Source: a virus
Taxonomy: Duplodnaviria > Caudoviricetes
Direction: 5' to 3' (one strand)
DNA: 25,374 nucleotides
IMG/VR virus record: IMGVR_UViG_3300017784_002932
Coordinates: 1 to 25,374 of that record
The notes under the pieces are model-generated. The model was not told the DNA's origin, ran no database searches, and worked only from the letters and a program-made list of their open reading frames with translations. A program made the position numbers and the translations under genes. Position 1 is the stretch's first letter, and every line of letters begins with the position of its first letter. Shown here in pieces: positions 1 to 8,253 of this stretch.

Positions 1-1842
1 ACCTTTCTTTACACCGGACTTATATACTTTCTTTCCTGTGCTTGGGCTAATATAGTAATCGCCTTTAGAATCTGTACCAATACTTTTAATTTTGTAATCA
101 GACTTGCCTTCCGCCACACCTTGATTGACCGATTCGTTGTCTATACTAATACGATGCTGTAACTTACCTTTTCTATACCTACTATCGGTAGTTGTATCTC
201 CGTCATTATCTTTTACTCTAAATTTTCTAGGGGGTTTATTTGTATTCCCATAATCGGGATAATGGACACCATCCTCATCTGGATCAGCATATGTAAGACC
301 ATCATCTGGTGTTGATCCAATTGACTGGGAGTCTCGATTCCAATATTGTTTTGATGTTTTGCCACCTTCCGACACGCCTTGATTACCTTTGATTGCCTGT
401 AGTAATGCTCGGGCAACTACACGATCTTTTTCTTGCTCGTCATCTGGCAATTGAGTATATCCAATATTCATCAACTTCTCTCGTTGTTGGAGTTTTGCTT
501 CTAGTTTACCAGCTGCCTTTAATTTTTCTGTATCGTCAAATTGTTCTGGATTATTTACAAATGCTTTGGCAGTGACATTCCAACCTTTGTGTATGGCATC
601 ACCGATTGCTTCAATATCAGTAACACCCTTGTCAATCATTTGTTTAGCAAACGCGGCAGATTTTAGGTTAGCTTGCCAACCAAATGTATTACCTGGACTA
701 CTACGACCATAGTGGTATGCATTATCTAATGCTTCGTCACTGATAGTTGCTAGTTGGTCCAGGCTTAACTGTTCAGTGCCTCCCGCCATATCTTGCTCGG
801 GAATAGCTACTGGACTATTAGATGTAAGACTTTCATCTTCACCTATCAATCTATCTGCCCATTCCGCTAGTTCAGTTACTTCACTCATCTCATTAACCTT
901 CTTGTGCAACTTAGACAAGATTGGTAACACGTTTTCAATACGTGGATCAAGAGTTTCTTGAACAAACAGTTCGTTTAGATTTGCTTCTTCTATTTGCTCT
1001 TCCATCAATGCAGGAGACCATGCTTCAAAATATGCATTGTATCCACGATGACCGGTCATCTTACCTAAACTTTCACGTAATGATAGATAATGATTGATAC
1101 CTTCATTCACTAATTTTTGTGCAGATTCATTGAATTGGCCAGCGCGAGTAGCACGAACAAATCCTGCCATCTTGGTGTATTCTTCTACTAAGGAAGATAA
1201 ATGTTTCCAACGATCATCATGTGGTAAACCACCTTCAGCTATATGACGGGCATATATTCTGGCTACACCTGGACGTAATGTAGGAGCTAAGATACGCTCT
1301 CCTACTGTGTTTTCGATAAAAATCTTTTCTACATTGCGGAATCTTTGCTCACCCTCTTCAATCTTTCGGGTATGCTGTATTACGATCTTTACATTGGGAA
1401 CTGAGTCATTATAACTAGCTTGCTTTCCCATTGGATAGTAACCTTCTGCTATTTTATTTGTTTTCATATGATGTCTCTTTGCCATGTCAGGTTGTAAATG
1501 ATCTTGGTTTTTGATGGATAACCCTAATCCAAATCTATGTCCCCAGCTTCGTATATGGTTGCGTAGTCCGTTCCAACTATCATCATAACCTGATCCCGGG
1601 GAAGGGAAATCTGGACTGGATAATACTCCATCACTAAGATAGATAACTATGCTATTACCTTCTATAGTCAAATCTACAGGACCGTATTTTTTACCGTCTT
1701 TAGTAAAGATAAAACGGATCAGATCCGCTTCTTCAGGAACTTGAACTTCTTTGTTGGATGTATCTACTATCTTGGGTTTGTATCCTTTGCTGGATAACAT
1801 CCTAAACAATTGCTCTTTTAACGGGGTTATATCTCTGCTCAT
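1..1842 (-). CDS. Large (>614 aa, runs off the window start) putative virion/internal head protein with a modular C-terminal half that includes a RyR-like domain
   Basis: Manual translation from ATG 1842 (MSRDITPLKEQLFRMLSSKG...) gives no stop down to base 1, so the ORF track missed it. TAAATA lies 6 nt upstream and the gene directly follows terminase. QDMAGG, QGVSEG and QGVAEG linkers separate the modules. One module has RyR-like motifs (DAIHKGW ... GYTQLPDDEQEKDR). Confidence 0.85.
   Translation of the reverse strand, partial: MSRDITPLKEQLFRMLSSKGYKPKIVDTSNKEVQVPEEADLIRFIFTKDGKKYGPVDLTIEGNSIVIYLSDGVLSSPDFPSPGSGYDDSWNGLRNHIRSWGHRFGLGLSIKNQDHLQPDMAKRHHMKTNKIAEGYYPMGKQASYNDSVPNVKIVIQHTRKIEEGEQRFRNVEKIFIENTVGERILAPTLRPGVARIYARHIAEGGLPHDDRWKHLSSLVEEYTKMAGFVRATRAGQFNESAQKLVNEGINHYLSLRESLGKMTGHRGYNAYFEAWSPALMEEQIEEANLNELFVQETLDPRIENVLPILSKLHKKVNEMSEVTELAEWADRLIGEDESLTSNSPVAIPEQDMAGGTEQLSLDQLATISDEALDNAYHYGRSSPGNTFGWQANLKSAAFAKQMIDKGVTDIEAIGDAIHKGWNVTAKAFVNNPEQFDDTEKLKAAGKLEAKLQQREKLMNIGYTQLPDDEQEKDRVVARALLQAIKGNQGVSEGGKTSKQYWNRDSQSIGSTPDDGLTYADPDEDGVHYPDYGNTNKPPRKFRVKDNDGDTTTDSRYRKGKLQHRISIDNESVNQGVAEGKSDYKIKSIGTDSKGDYYISPSTGKKVYKSGVKKG
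106..795 (-). repeat. Three imperfect 18-bp in-frame direct repeats (106-123, 364-381, 778-795)
   Basis: Minus-strand copies are CAAGGTGTGGCGGAAGGC, CAAGGCGTGTCGGAAGGT and CAAGATATGGCGGGAGGC. The second and third each differ from the first at 3 of 18 positions. Spacings of 258 and 414 bp are both multiples of 3. Confidence 0.8.
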
Positions 1843-1848
1843 AGCTTA

Positions 1849-1854
1849 TATTTA
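1849..1854 (-). promoter_or_regulatory. T4-like late promoter core TAAATA
   Basis: TAAATA 6 nt upstream of ATG 1842. The motif recurs upstream of many genes in the window. Confidence 0.65.
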
Positions 1855-1884
1855 GTCCGATTTCAAATAAAGGAACTTGATTGG

Positions 1885-3435
1885 TTAATTGGATAAAACT
1901 GCAAAGAAAGGTAAGGGATCGATCTGTTCATCGTGATCTCTAACATATTCATCTAAGTCAGAATGAAATTCACCCAATAACTGAATCATGCGTATAGTCA
2001 ATAAAGAAGCCATAACTAAATCGTCGGTATCACCTATTTTAGCAGCATAACTTCCACCATGCGCTACAAAAGCCTTTAATTCTGAGATAAGACTACGACT
2101 AAGAACAGTCATCTTCTTGCTTTCCAATAAAGTCTTGAATTTAGCACAAGCGGTTAGCTTACTTTTATGTGTAGTATTGAACCCTTTTCGTTTCTTGCCC
2201 GGCTCAGATATAAATGTTCCTGGAATATTAGATTCACCATACTCATTTAATGATATTAAAGACGCTTCGCCGATTGAATTGTTTTCTATAGAATAATATA
2301 GATTGTTTGGTTCATTAGTACATTCTACGATATACTTGTTTATCTGTGCGATAAGTTTTATCTGGCTAGGAATATCAGTTTTATTATGTTTCCATTCCCC
2401 TATTTGAGTTGTAGTGTTTGCTTCGAATATTTGTATAGCTGCTGGGTCACCACCAGTGCCAAGACTTGGGTCGAGTGCTACAGTATAGATGTTTTCTTTT
2501 ACTGGCTTTTTATACCAGCGTACCTGTCCCATACGAGATACTGGTTCTATGCCGGTAAGTTGTATTAGTGTATTTGGGTTAATCAAAGTCTCATCGGCAA
2601 TAATAAATTCACAATTTATTTCCCGCTCAAACTTATCATCTCCAAGTTGTGATCTCATACCAGCTGCCCATTTTTCATCTCTACCTGGTTGTTCACTCCA
2701 ATGCGATCTATATGCACGGAATCCGTTTACACCAATTTCAGTGGTATTGCCAAAATCATCTTCAGTCTTGTTTGCACCTTTCCATATCAATGCAAATTGA
2801 TCTTCATCGCTATTTGGAGTGCTAGTGATAATTGCTTTACCACCTGTACTTAAAGTAGGAGTGATAGAAGTCCAAAACTGTTCAGCGATAGTTGGTCTAA
2901 CGAATGCGAACTCATCTAAGTACAGAAGTGTTATTGACATACCACGACCAGTTGTTTCAGTTGTGGTAGCAGAAACTATACGACTACCATTCTCAAAGTC
3001 TAAAGATCCTTTGTTATAAGTAGTGACACCTGCTTTGATATGATCAGGACAGTTCTCATATGCATATCTGATACGTTGCATGATTTCCTGAGCACCGGTG
3101 TATTTATGTGCAGCGATAAGAATAGTTGAGTCCGGAACAAACATGGCATACCAAAGCAAATATCCTGCTGCTGATGTAGATTTACCTGACTGTCTAGGCA
3201 TCAATGAGATACTAAAACGATAGTCGTGATAAGTATTGATCAATCGTTTTTGATAGTCCCAGGGATGATATACCAAGCTACCTCTAGTAGGATGTTGTAT
3301 ATAGAAAAAGTTATCCATAAAGTACATAGGACCCGTTACAGGATCACAGCACTTGATAAAGTCTTGAAGTTCCTTATCAGTTTTAAAAACTGTTTTGGTA
3401 TAAGGTGCTTTTACTAGGGTAGCAGTTCCACTCAT
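1885..3435 (-). CDS. terL: Terminase large subunit (T4 gp17-like)
   Basis: Walker A MPRQSGKS, Walker B LLYLDEFAF, coupling motif ITSTPN, nuclease motifs ALDPSLG and DDLVMA. Confidence 0.97.
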   Translation of the reverse strand: MSGTATLVKAPYTKTVFKTDKELQDFIKCCDPVTGPMYFMDNFFYIQHPTRGSLVYHPWDYQKRLINTYHDYRFSISLMPRQSGKSTSAAGYLLWYAMFVPDSTILIAAHKYTGAQEIMQRIRYAYENCPDHIKAGVTTYNKGSLDFENGSRIVSATTTETTGRGMSITLLYLDEFAFVRPTIAEQFWTSITPTLSTGGKAIITSTPNSDEDQFALIWKGANKTEDDFGNTTEIGVNGFRAYRSHWSEQPGRDEKWAAGMRSQLGDDKFEREINCEFIIADETLINPNTLIQLTGIEPVSRMGQVRWYKKPVKENIYTVALDPSLGTGGDPAAIQIFEANTTTQIGEWKHNKTDIPSQIKLIAQINKYIVECTNEPNNLYYSIENNSIGEASLISLNEYGESNIPGTFISEPGKKRKGFNTTHKSKLTACAKFKTLLESKKMTVLSRSLISELKAFVAHGGSYAAKIGDTDDLVMASLLTIRMIQLLGEFHSDLDEYVRDHDEQIDPLPFFAVLSN

Positions 3436-3440
3436 AGTAG

Positions 3441-3448
3441 TATTTATA
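3441..3448 (-). promoter_or_regulatory. T4 gp55-type late promoter TATAAATA
   Basis: Exact T4 late consensus, 5 nt upstream of the terminase ATG. Confidence 0.75.
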
Positions 3449-3456
3449 TGGTAAAG

Positions 3457-3741
3457 TTAATCCTTACTAAAAGGATCTTCGCCGGTGATATGAGTTTTTG
3501 AGAACCAAAGTTTGAACCAAGCCTGATCACCTGGCTTGATATTGTTCTCACGCATATATTGTTGTTTTTTTGCAGCTAACTCATGTAGCGGAGTATACGA
3601 ATATTCCCCGTTGATTTGCCCAGCACCGCTTAACTTTTTTAATTCATCTAATGTCATATCCCGCTCAGCTATTTTAACCTCTTTAAGTTTAGAATAGCTG
3701 TTTTGCAATTTAGCTTGCTTGAAGGGATCGAATATACTCAT
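3457..3741 (-). CDS. Hypothetical protein (94 aa)
   Basis: Co-oriented, fills the gap, and TAAATA at 3750-3755 precedes the ATG. Confidence 0.75.
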   Translation of the reverse strand: MSIFDPFKQAKLQNSYSKLKEVKIAERDMTLDELKKLSGAGQINGEYSYTPLHELAAKKQQYMRENNIKPGDQAWFKLWFSKTHITGEDPFSKD

Positions 3742-3774
3742 ATAGAGAATATTTATCTTTTCAACTAAATTTAG

Positions 3775-4473
3775 TTATTTGATATCTAATGGACGTTTCT
3801 TTGTAGCTACTATACAAAAGAACTTTTCCTTAGCGGTAGTTAGTTTATCTGGATTAGCCTCATCTTCAGGGAAATTTACTTCAAACTCAATATATTGAAA
3901 TAAATCGATATCAAAACCAGTACGTTTAATCAGTGCGGCCAATTGATTTTCACCTAAAATACTATAATGATTTAGATTAAACTCATGTTTACGTTCACAA
4001 TCAGGTGCGGGTACTTCAATATAAATCTTGCTACCCTGCTTTAATACTCGATTATACTCCATAAGAGAGAATATAGGGTAAGGGCTATGTTCTAATGAAT
4101 GTCGTAAAAAGATAAAGTCTACACTTTCATCATAATACCCTTCTTTTTGCGGTAAAAATGACATATCATATTTCTGTATTGTGAATCCTTTATCTTCACA
4201 CATTTTGATATCATTTGGACTAAGAGTTACACCAACTAAATCTGTATATCCCCTGGCTTTCATTTCATCTAAAAAGTAACCAGGTCCGCACCCTAAGTCT
4301 AATATCTTTGCATTCTTTGGTATATTTAAAGGATCAATATATTTTTTTACTGTTTCTTCAGTAAGAAGTTTGTGCATCGGACTATCACCTTCATCATACA
4401 GATGAGCAGTATACAGCCATTCATTATATAGCTTTAACTTGACTAAATCCAGTGTTTTATTGATATCTATCAT
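3775..4473 (-). CDS. Class I SAM-dependent methyltransferase
   Basis: ILDLGCGPG motif I, SVDFIFLRHSLEH, RVLKQGS and EVP motifs. Confidence 0.92.
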   Translation of the reverse strand: MIDINKTLDLVKLKLYNEWLYTAHLYDEGDSPMHKLLTEETVKKYIDPLNIPKNAKILDLGCGPGYFLDEMKARGYTDLVGVTLSPNDIKMCEDKGFTIQKYDMSFLPQKEGYYDESVDFIFLRHSLEHSPYPIFSLMEYNRVLKQGSKIYIEVPAPDCERKHEFNLNHYSILGENQLAALIKRTGFDIDLFQYIEFEVNFPEDEANPDKLTTAKEKFFCIVATKKRPLDIK

Positions 4474-4522
4474 TGAGAATCCTGTAGTTGATGTAACTAC
4501 TTATTCTCAATATAGTGTATTA

Positions 4523-4900
4523 TTATTTTTTACTAAATCCCTTAAAGCTGTTTATTGGACTTACTTTATGAGTATCGTTTGGTTCTGAACTGCTATGATC
4601 ACGAATCAGATCATGTGCATGTGTACCGGAAACGGTATTAAAGGCTTGCCGCATCATGTTATGTTCTACTTCTGTGTACGGGTATGCCATATTATTTTTT
4701 CCAACAAAACTTTCGTCATTCATATCTAATGCTTTAGTACTTTTGCCATCAGCCATGGCAGTCGCTTTCATGATTTGATTCAGATTATAGATTCTATCTG
4801 TACCATCATCACGAAACTTATAAGCACCTTGCGCTGCTGCAACATGGTGAGAGTGCATAGTACCCTTCTTACCCTCATGTACAAACTCTTTTGCTCTCAT
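4523..4900 (-). CDS. Putative internal head protein with MRAKEF N-terminal motif (paralogue B)
   Basis: Starts MRAKEFVHE. The C-terminus SSSEPNDTHKVSPINSFKGFSKK resembles that of the upstream neighbour. ATGA overlap with that neighbour. Confidence 0.7.
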   Translation of the reverse strand: MRAKEFVHEGKKGTMHSHHVAAAQGAYKFRDDGTDRIYNLNQIMKATAMADGKSTKALDMNDESFVGKNNMAYPYTEVEHNMMRQAFNTVSGTHAHDLIRDHSSSEPNDTHKVSPINSFKGFSKK

Positions 4901-5295
4901 TTTCCTTTAAACCCTGCAAAACCACGTACTGGACTTTTTTTATCTACGTCTGGTGCTTCATCACTTGTCATAGTACTGATTCGTTTTTTTCCGGATGAAG
5001 CAACTCCAACTTCTTTCATGGCATGATCAATAAATTCAGCAAAGTCATCATCCAAATATGCACTTACAATCATATTTTCTCCCCAAGGAGTTTCTTTCTC
5101 AAATTTATACTTAGGATTACCTTGTGCTAATCTTTCCATTTGGCCACGTGCTCCGGCAAGTGCTACCCCAAATCTATATTGTTTATAGAAATCACTGTTG
5201 GGTAATCCTGGAATGATATATGTGCCGGGTAAGGCTCTGGCTACTGCTACTGGTAACGTAATATGGTTTTCTGTTATGAATTCTTTGGCTCTCAT
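4897..5295 (-). CDS. Putative internal head protein with MRAKEF N-terminal motif (paralogue A)
   Basis: Starts MRAKEFITE. C-terminus TSDEAPDVDKKSPVRGFAGFKGK. ATGA overlaps at both ends. Confidence 0.7.
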   Translation of the reverse strand: MRAKEFITENHITLPVAVARALPGTYIIPGLPNSDFYKQYRFGVALAGARGQMERLAQGNPKYKFEKETPWGENMIVSAYLDDDFAEFIDHAMKEVGVASSGKKRISTMTSDEAPDVDKKSPVRGFAGFKGK

Positions 5296-5825
5296 GCTGG
5301 AGTTTCTGTAGTTATAGGGATAAGATTCTCTGTACCTAGAATATCTCCTGATATTCCTTCTAGTTCTAATGGTGTTCCGGGAGCATTTGTACTGAATGTG
5401 ATTTGTGCAGATAAAAAATGATAAAGATTAGCATCTACTAGAGGATTAACTAATATCCTAACGTTTCCTCCATCAATATCTATATCATATCCGGTTACTG
5501 GCTCATTGATAAAAAGCGTACCAAAACCAGTCCACTTTACTACAGCGGTATCATTCGATATAGCTACTGTTAATGTTATATTTTGACTGTCAGTTGTTTC
5601 CGGATTATCTGAGTTAATCTGAAATACACCCTGAGTAAACAAATTTGCAGCAGTCTCAAATATGATCTGACCAGCATCATCTCCAAAACTGTAAGCATCA
5701 TACGTAAATACGCCCGAACTATATACTTGGGCAAAGTTATTATTGATCTTTTGAAATGCCGTACGTAACGGATCGCCTTCCCCATCGTTTGGTAGTGCCC
5801 CTACATTAATAATTTCTGGTGACAT
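5292..5825 (-). CDS. Virion structural protein with T4 gp9/gp10-like baseplate N-terminal motif
   Basis: INVGALPNDGEGDPLRTAFQKINNNF matches the G-D-x-L-R-x-x-x-x-K-I-N-x-N-F motif. TAAATA at 5850-5855. Confidence 0.75.
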   Translation of the reverse strand: MSPEIINVGALPNDGEGDPLRTAFQKINNNFAQVYSSGVFTYDAYSFGDDAGQIIFETAANLFTQGVFQINSDNPETTDSQNITLTVAISNDTAVVKWTGFGTLFINEPVTGYDIDIDGGNVRILVNPLVDANLYHFLSAQITFSTNAPGTPLELEGISGDILGTENLIPITTETPA

Positions 5826-5868
5826 AATGTTAATCCTAACCTTATATAGTATTTATCGTTAGACTAAG

Positions 5869-6141
5869 TTAGTCAGGGTTAGCTTCTTCGAATATCTTCT
5901 TCTGTTCTGTATACCACTCGGCCATAGATTTTTGCTTTAAAGAACACTCATAATATAGAGCATAATTCTCTACTACTGTCTTTGTAAGAGTGCTAAGTGC
6001 TACTGTTTGGCCCTCAATTGACTTTAATTCTGCACATTCTTTTAACAAGGTGTCCGGCATTTCTGGGAAATTCCTACTGATAGGTACTAATTCTGCGCAT
6101 CCTGATAGCAATAATATAGCTAATAATGACAATTTTCTCAT
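5869..6141 (-). CDS. Putative outer-membrane spanin (Rz1-like lipoprotein)
   Basis: Signal peptide with lipobox LLSG-C, Pro-rich segment and two further Cys. 1-nt overlap (TAATG) with the upstream membrane protein. Confidence 0.75.
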   Translation of the reverse strand: MRKLSLLAILLLSGCAELVPISRNFPEMPDTLLKECAELKSIEGQTVALSTLTKTVVENYALYYECSLKQKSMAEWYTEQKKIFEEANPD

Positions 6142-6605
6142 TACTTATCCTGGACCATTGGGGTATTTTTAGCGGCGGAATTCAGTATGTTGATTACTTG
6201 TTCAGGAATAGCACATGAACTATCATATTTCACTAATTCCCTATCAATATATTTGACTCTTTCTGCACCTTGTTCTCTAATTATCTGTGTATCTTTTACT
6301 ATCTTTTCTACAATCTTTACGTTCTGCTTAGCTGATTTAGCTTCTGCGATAGCTACCTTAGCTTCTAATTCTTTAACCTTACTTTGCCAGCTATCTTCAT
6401 TTGCTGATACACCCTCAAAAAATATACCCAAAATTAACACTAAGATTCCAATAATCTGAATGGGTAACTTATATTGATTTATGAATGGAATGAATCCTAA
6501 CAAGAATCCTGCTATAATAGCTATTATACCAATACCTACTACTAAATGTATCACCCAATGGATAAAGGATTCAGGTAAAAAAGATAAGATAGATAAAGTC
6601 CACAT
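6141..6605 (-). CDS. Putative inner-membrane spanin (Rz-like)
   Basis: N-terminal hydrophobic helices, coiled-coil (KVKELEAKVAIAEAKS) and C-terminal Cys, immediately upstream of a lipoprotein gene. TAAATA at 6611-6616. Confidence 0.7.
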   Translation of the reverse strand: MWTLSILSFLPESFIHWVIHLVVGIGIIAIIAGFLLGFIPFINQYKLPIQIIGILVLILGIFFEGVSANEDSWQSKVKELEAKVAIAEAKSAKQNVKIVEKIVKDTQIIREQGAERVKYIDRELVKYDSSCAIPEQVINILNSAAKNTPMVQDK

Positions 6606-6617
6606 ATCTTTATTTAT

Positions 6618-7166
6618 CTAGTCAACAGTTAGATGCCACGGGTCCTTCTCAAATCGTATAGTTATTGCTACTCGCCATACATCTGTAGGATTAATTACAT
6701 TATGCGGTAAGAAAGTATTAAAAATAATAGGATGGGGAGTCAGATCAAATCTAGTATGTTCTTCACACACACAATCAGTATAACTATAATAAGTACTGAT
6801 TCCACCTTTTTTAAGTTTTGGTTTTCCTTTAGTAATATCATATAAGCAAGTATATGTATCCTTTGTTTGCAATCCTATATTTATTCCCAAACCGGGTCCC
6901 GGATCAGTATCGGTATGTATACCCGATACGAAATTCGGAGAATTTAATAGTAACCCCACATATTTAATTGGTCCGGTACCTAATAAATCTAGCCAACGAA
7001 CTAATGTAGGACTTGCCGCTAACATACGTTTATAAAGAAACATTTCAAAATAAAATTTCTGTTCTCTGACGATATTTTTAACCTTTGGTTCTACCCATTT
7101 GCTTACTTCAGCTTTGATCTTATCATAATCTGCACATTCTAGCTTCTTATACCAAAAGTTTTCCAT
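6618..7166 (-). CDS. Putative 2OG-Fe(II) oxygenase / cupin-fold protein
   Basis: HxD (IHTD), distal His (PHNV) and RVAITIRF. TATAAATA at 7172-7179. Confidence 0.65.
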   Translation of the reverse strand: MENFWYKKLECADYDKIKAEVSKWVEPKVKNIVREQKFYFEMFLYKRMLAASPTLVRWLDLLGTGPIKYVGLLLNSPNFVSGIHTDTDPGPGLGINIGLQTKDTYTCLYDITKGKPKLKKGGISTYYSYTDCVCEEHTRFDLTPHPIIFNTFLPHNVINPTDVWRVAITIRFEKDPWHLTVD

Positions 7167-7170
7167 ATTG

Positions 7171-8253
7171 CTATTTATAGCAGGATTCTACTCTCTCTGC
7201 AATATATTCTACTTCTCCGTCAGTTAACTCAGGGTATAAAGGAAGGCTTACTACTCCCCTAGATAACATAACTGACATGCTTAATAAATTAGGTTTAGTG
7301 AAGTCTTTGCATATAGGAAGATCACCTAATACATAATCATAATGTATCTTGCTTTCTATATCGTGTAATATTAAAGTAGTGTGTACGGTGTGTCTATCAG
7401 CAGTATAAATCACAAACTTTTGATGAGCATGAGTCATACCAGCATTAGCACTCAAGCAAGTTATCTGATCAATAGCAGAGAATCTATCGCACCAATACTC
7501 TGCTATAGCGCGCCTTCGGCTTTGCCATTCAGTAAGGTACTTGGTACGAACTAATATCTGCGCACAATCTTGTTCGCTCATCTTACTGTTTGTGCCAAAA
7601 GCAAACTTATTGAACTTTGAATTATCTCTATAGTTGTATGCGAAATTAGCTAACTCGTCAATGTTAGTAACTATCGCTCCACCATTACCTGAACTTGGTA
7701 AATTCTTAGTGGGATCAAAACTGATGGCCATACCAGAACCAACATCACCTTTAGCTGCTAACCAATGTTGAGCCCCATCTACTATGATGCTAAATGTTAG
7801 ATCATAATTAGCCTCAGGCCAGGGTTTCTTACCGTATAACCCCACTAAACAAACATACTCTCCTGTATTAAGTACTTCATCAAGATTTACTATTCCATAT
7901 CTATCAGTATCAACTAACTCAATATCCCATCCTGCACTTATAAATGCGGTCAAAGTTGCTGGATATGTCAAATTTGGAATTCTTATTTTAGGAGTAGTTT
8001 TCCAAATTTGTTGATGAACTTTCTTTTTCCATCTTGCAATTATCTCTAATGCTTGTGTCCCGCTATGTACAGTAATAGCAAACTTAGTATCGGTTTCTGT
8101 ACGTAACCAACTCTCAAAATCTTTGGTATATTTGCCGCCGATCAACTGACCTGACCTTAATACCTGATCGCTGGCCGATAACAATTCTTCTTTTAGATTC
8201 CTATATTGTCTTGCAAGACCAAAGTGAGGGATGCTAAATTTGTAGCCATTCAT
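7171..8253 (-). CDS. DegT/DnrJ/EryC1/StrS-family PLP-dependent NDP-sugar aminotransferase
   Basis: HSGTQALE, DGAQ, SFDPTKNL (PLP lysine), GNGGAIVT and SLPLYPELT. Start placed at ATG 8253 (the track uses 8280). Confidence 0.93.
   Translation of the reverse strand: MNGYKFSIPHFGLARQYRNLKEELLSASDQVLRSGQLIGGKYTKDFESWLRTETDTKFAITVHSGTQALEIIARWKKKVHQQIWKTTPKIRIPNLTYPATLTAFISAGWDIELVDTDRYGIVNLDEVLNTGEYVCLVGLYGKKPWPEANYDLTFSIIVDGAQHWLAAKGDVGSGMAISFDPTKNLPSSGNGGAIVTNIDELANFAYNYRDNSKFNKFAFGTNSKMSEQDCAQILVRTKYLTEWQSRRRAIAEYWCDRFSAIDQITCLSANAGMTHAHQKFVIYTADRHTVHTTLILHDIESKIHYDYVLGDLPICKDFTKPNLLSMSVMLSRGVVSLPLYPELTDGEVEYIAERVESCYK

Noticed and set aside
106-795. 18-bp repeats as a CRISPR array
   Set aside because: Spacers are 240 and 396 bp, in frame and protein-coding, and no cas genes are present.
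213-961. Short track ORFs 213-416, 393-575 and 776-961
   Set aside because: They lie within the long minus-strand ORF 1..1842 in other frames or on the other strand.
4484-4503. Small hairpin GTAGTT/AACTAC with a TAAGTA variant upstream of the methyltransferase
   Set aside because: A 6-bp stem and a non-consensus motif are too weak to call in AT-rich DNA.
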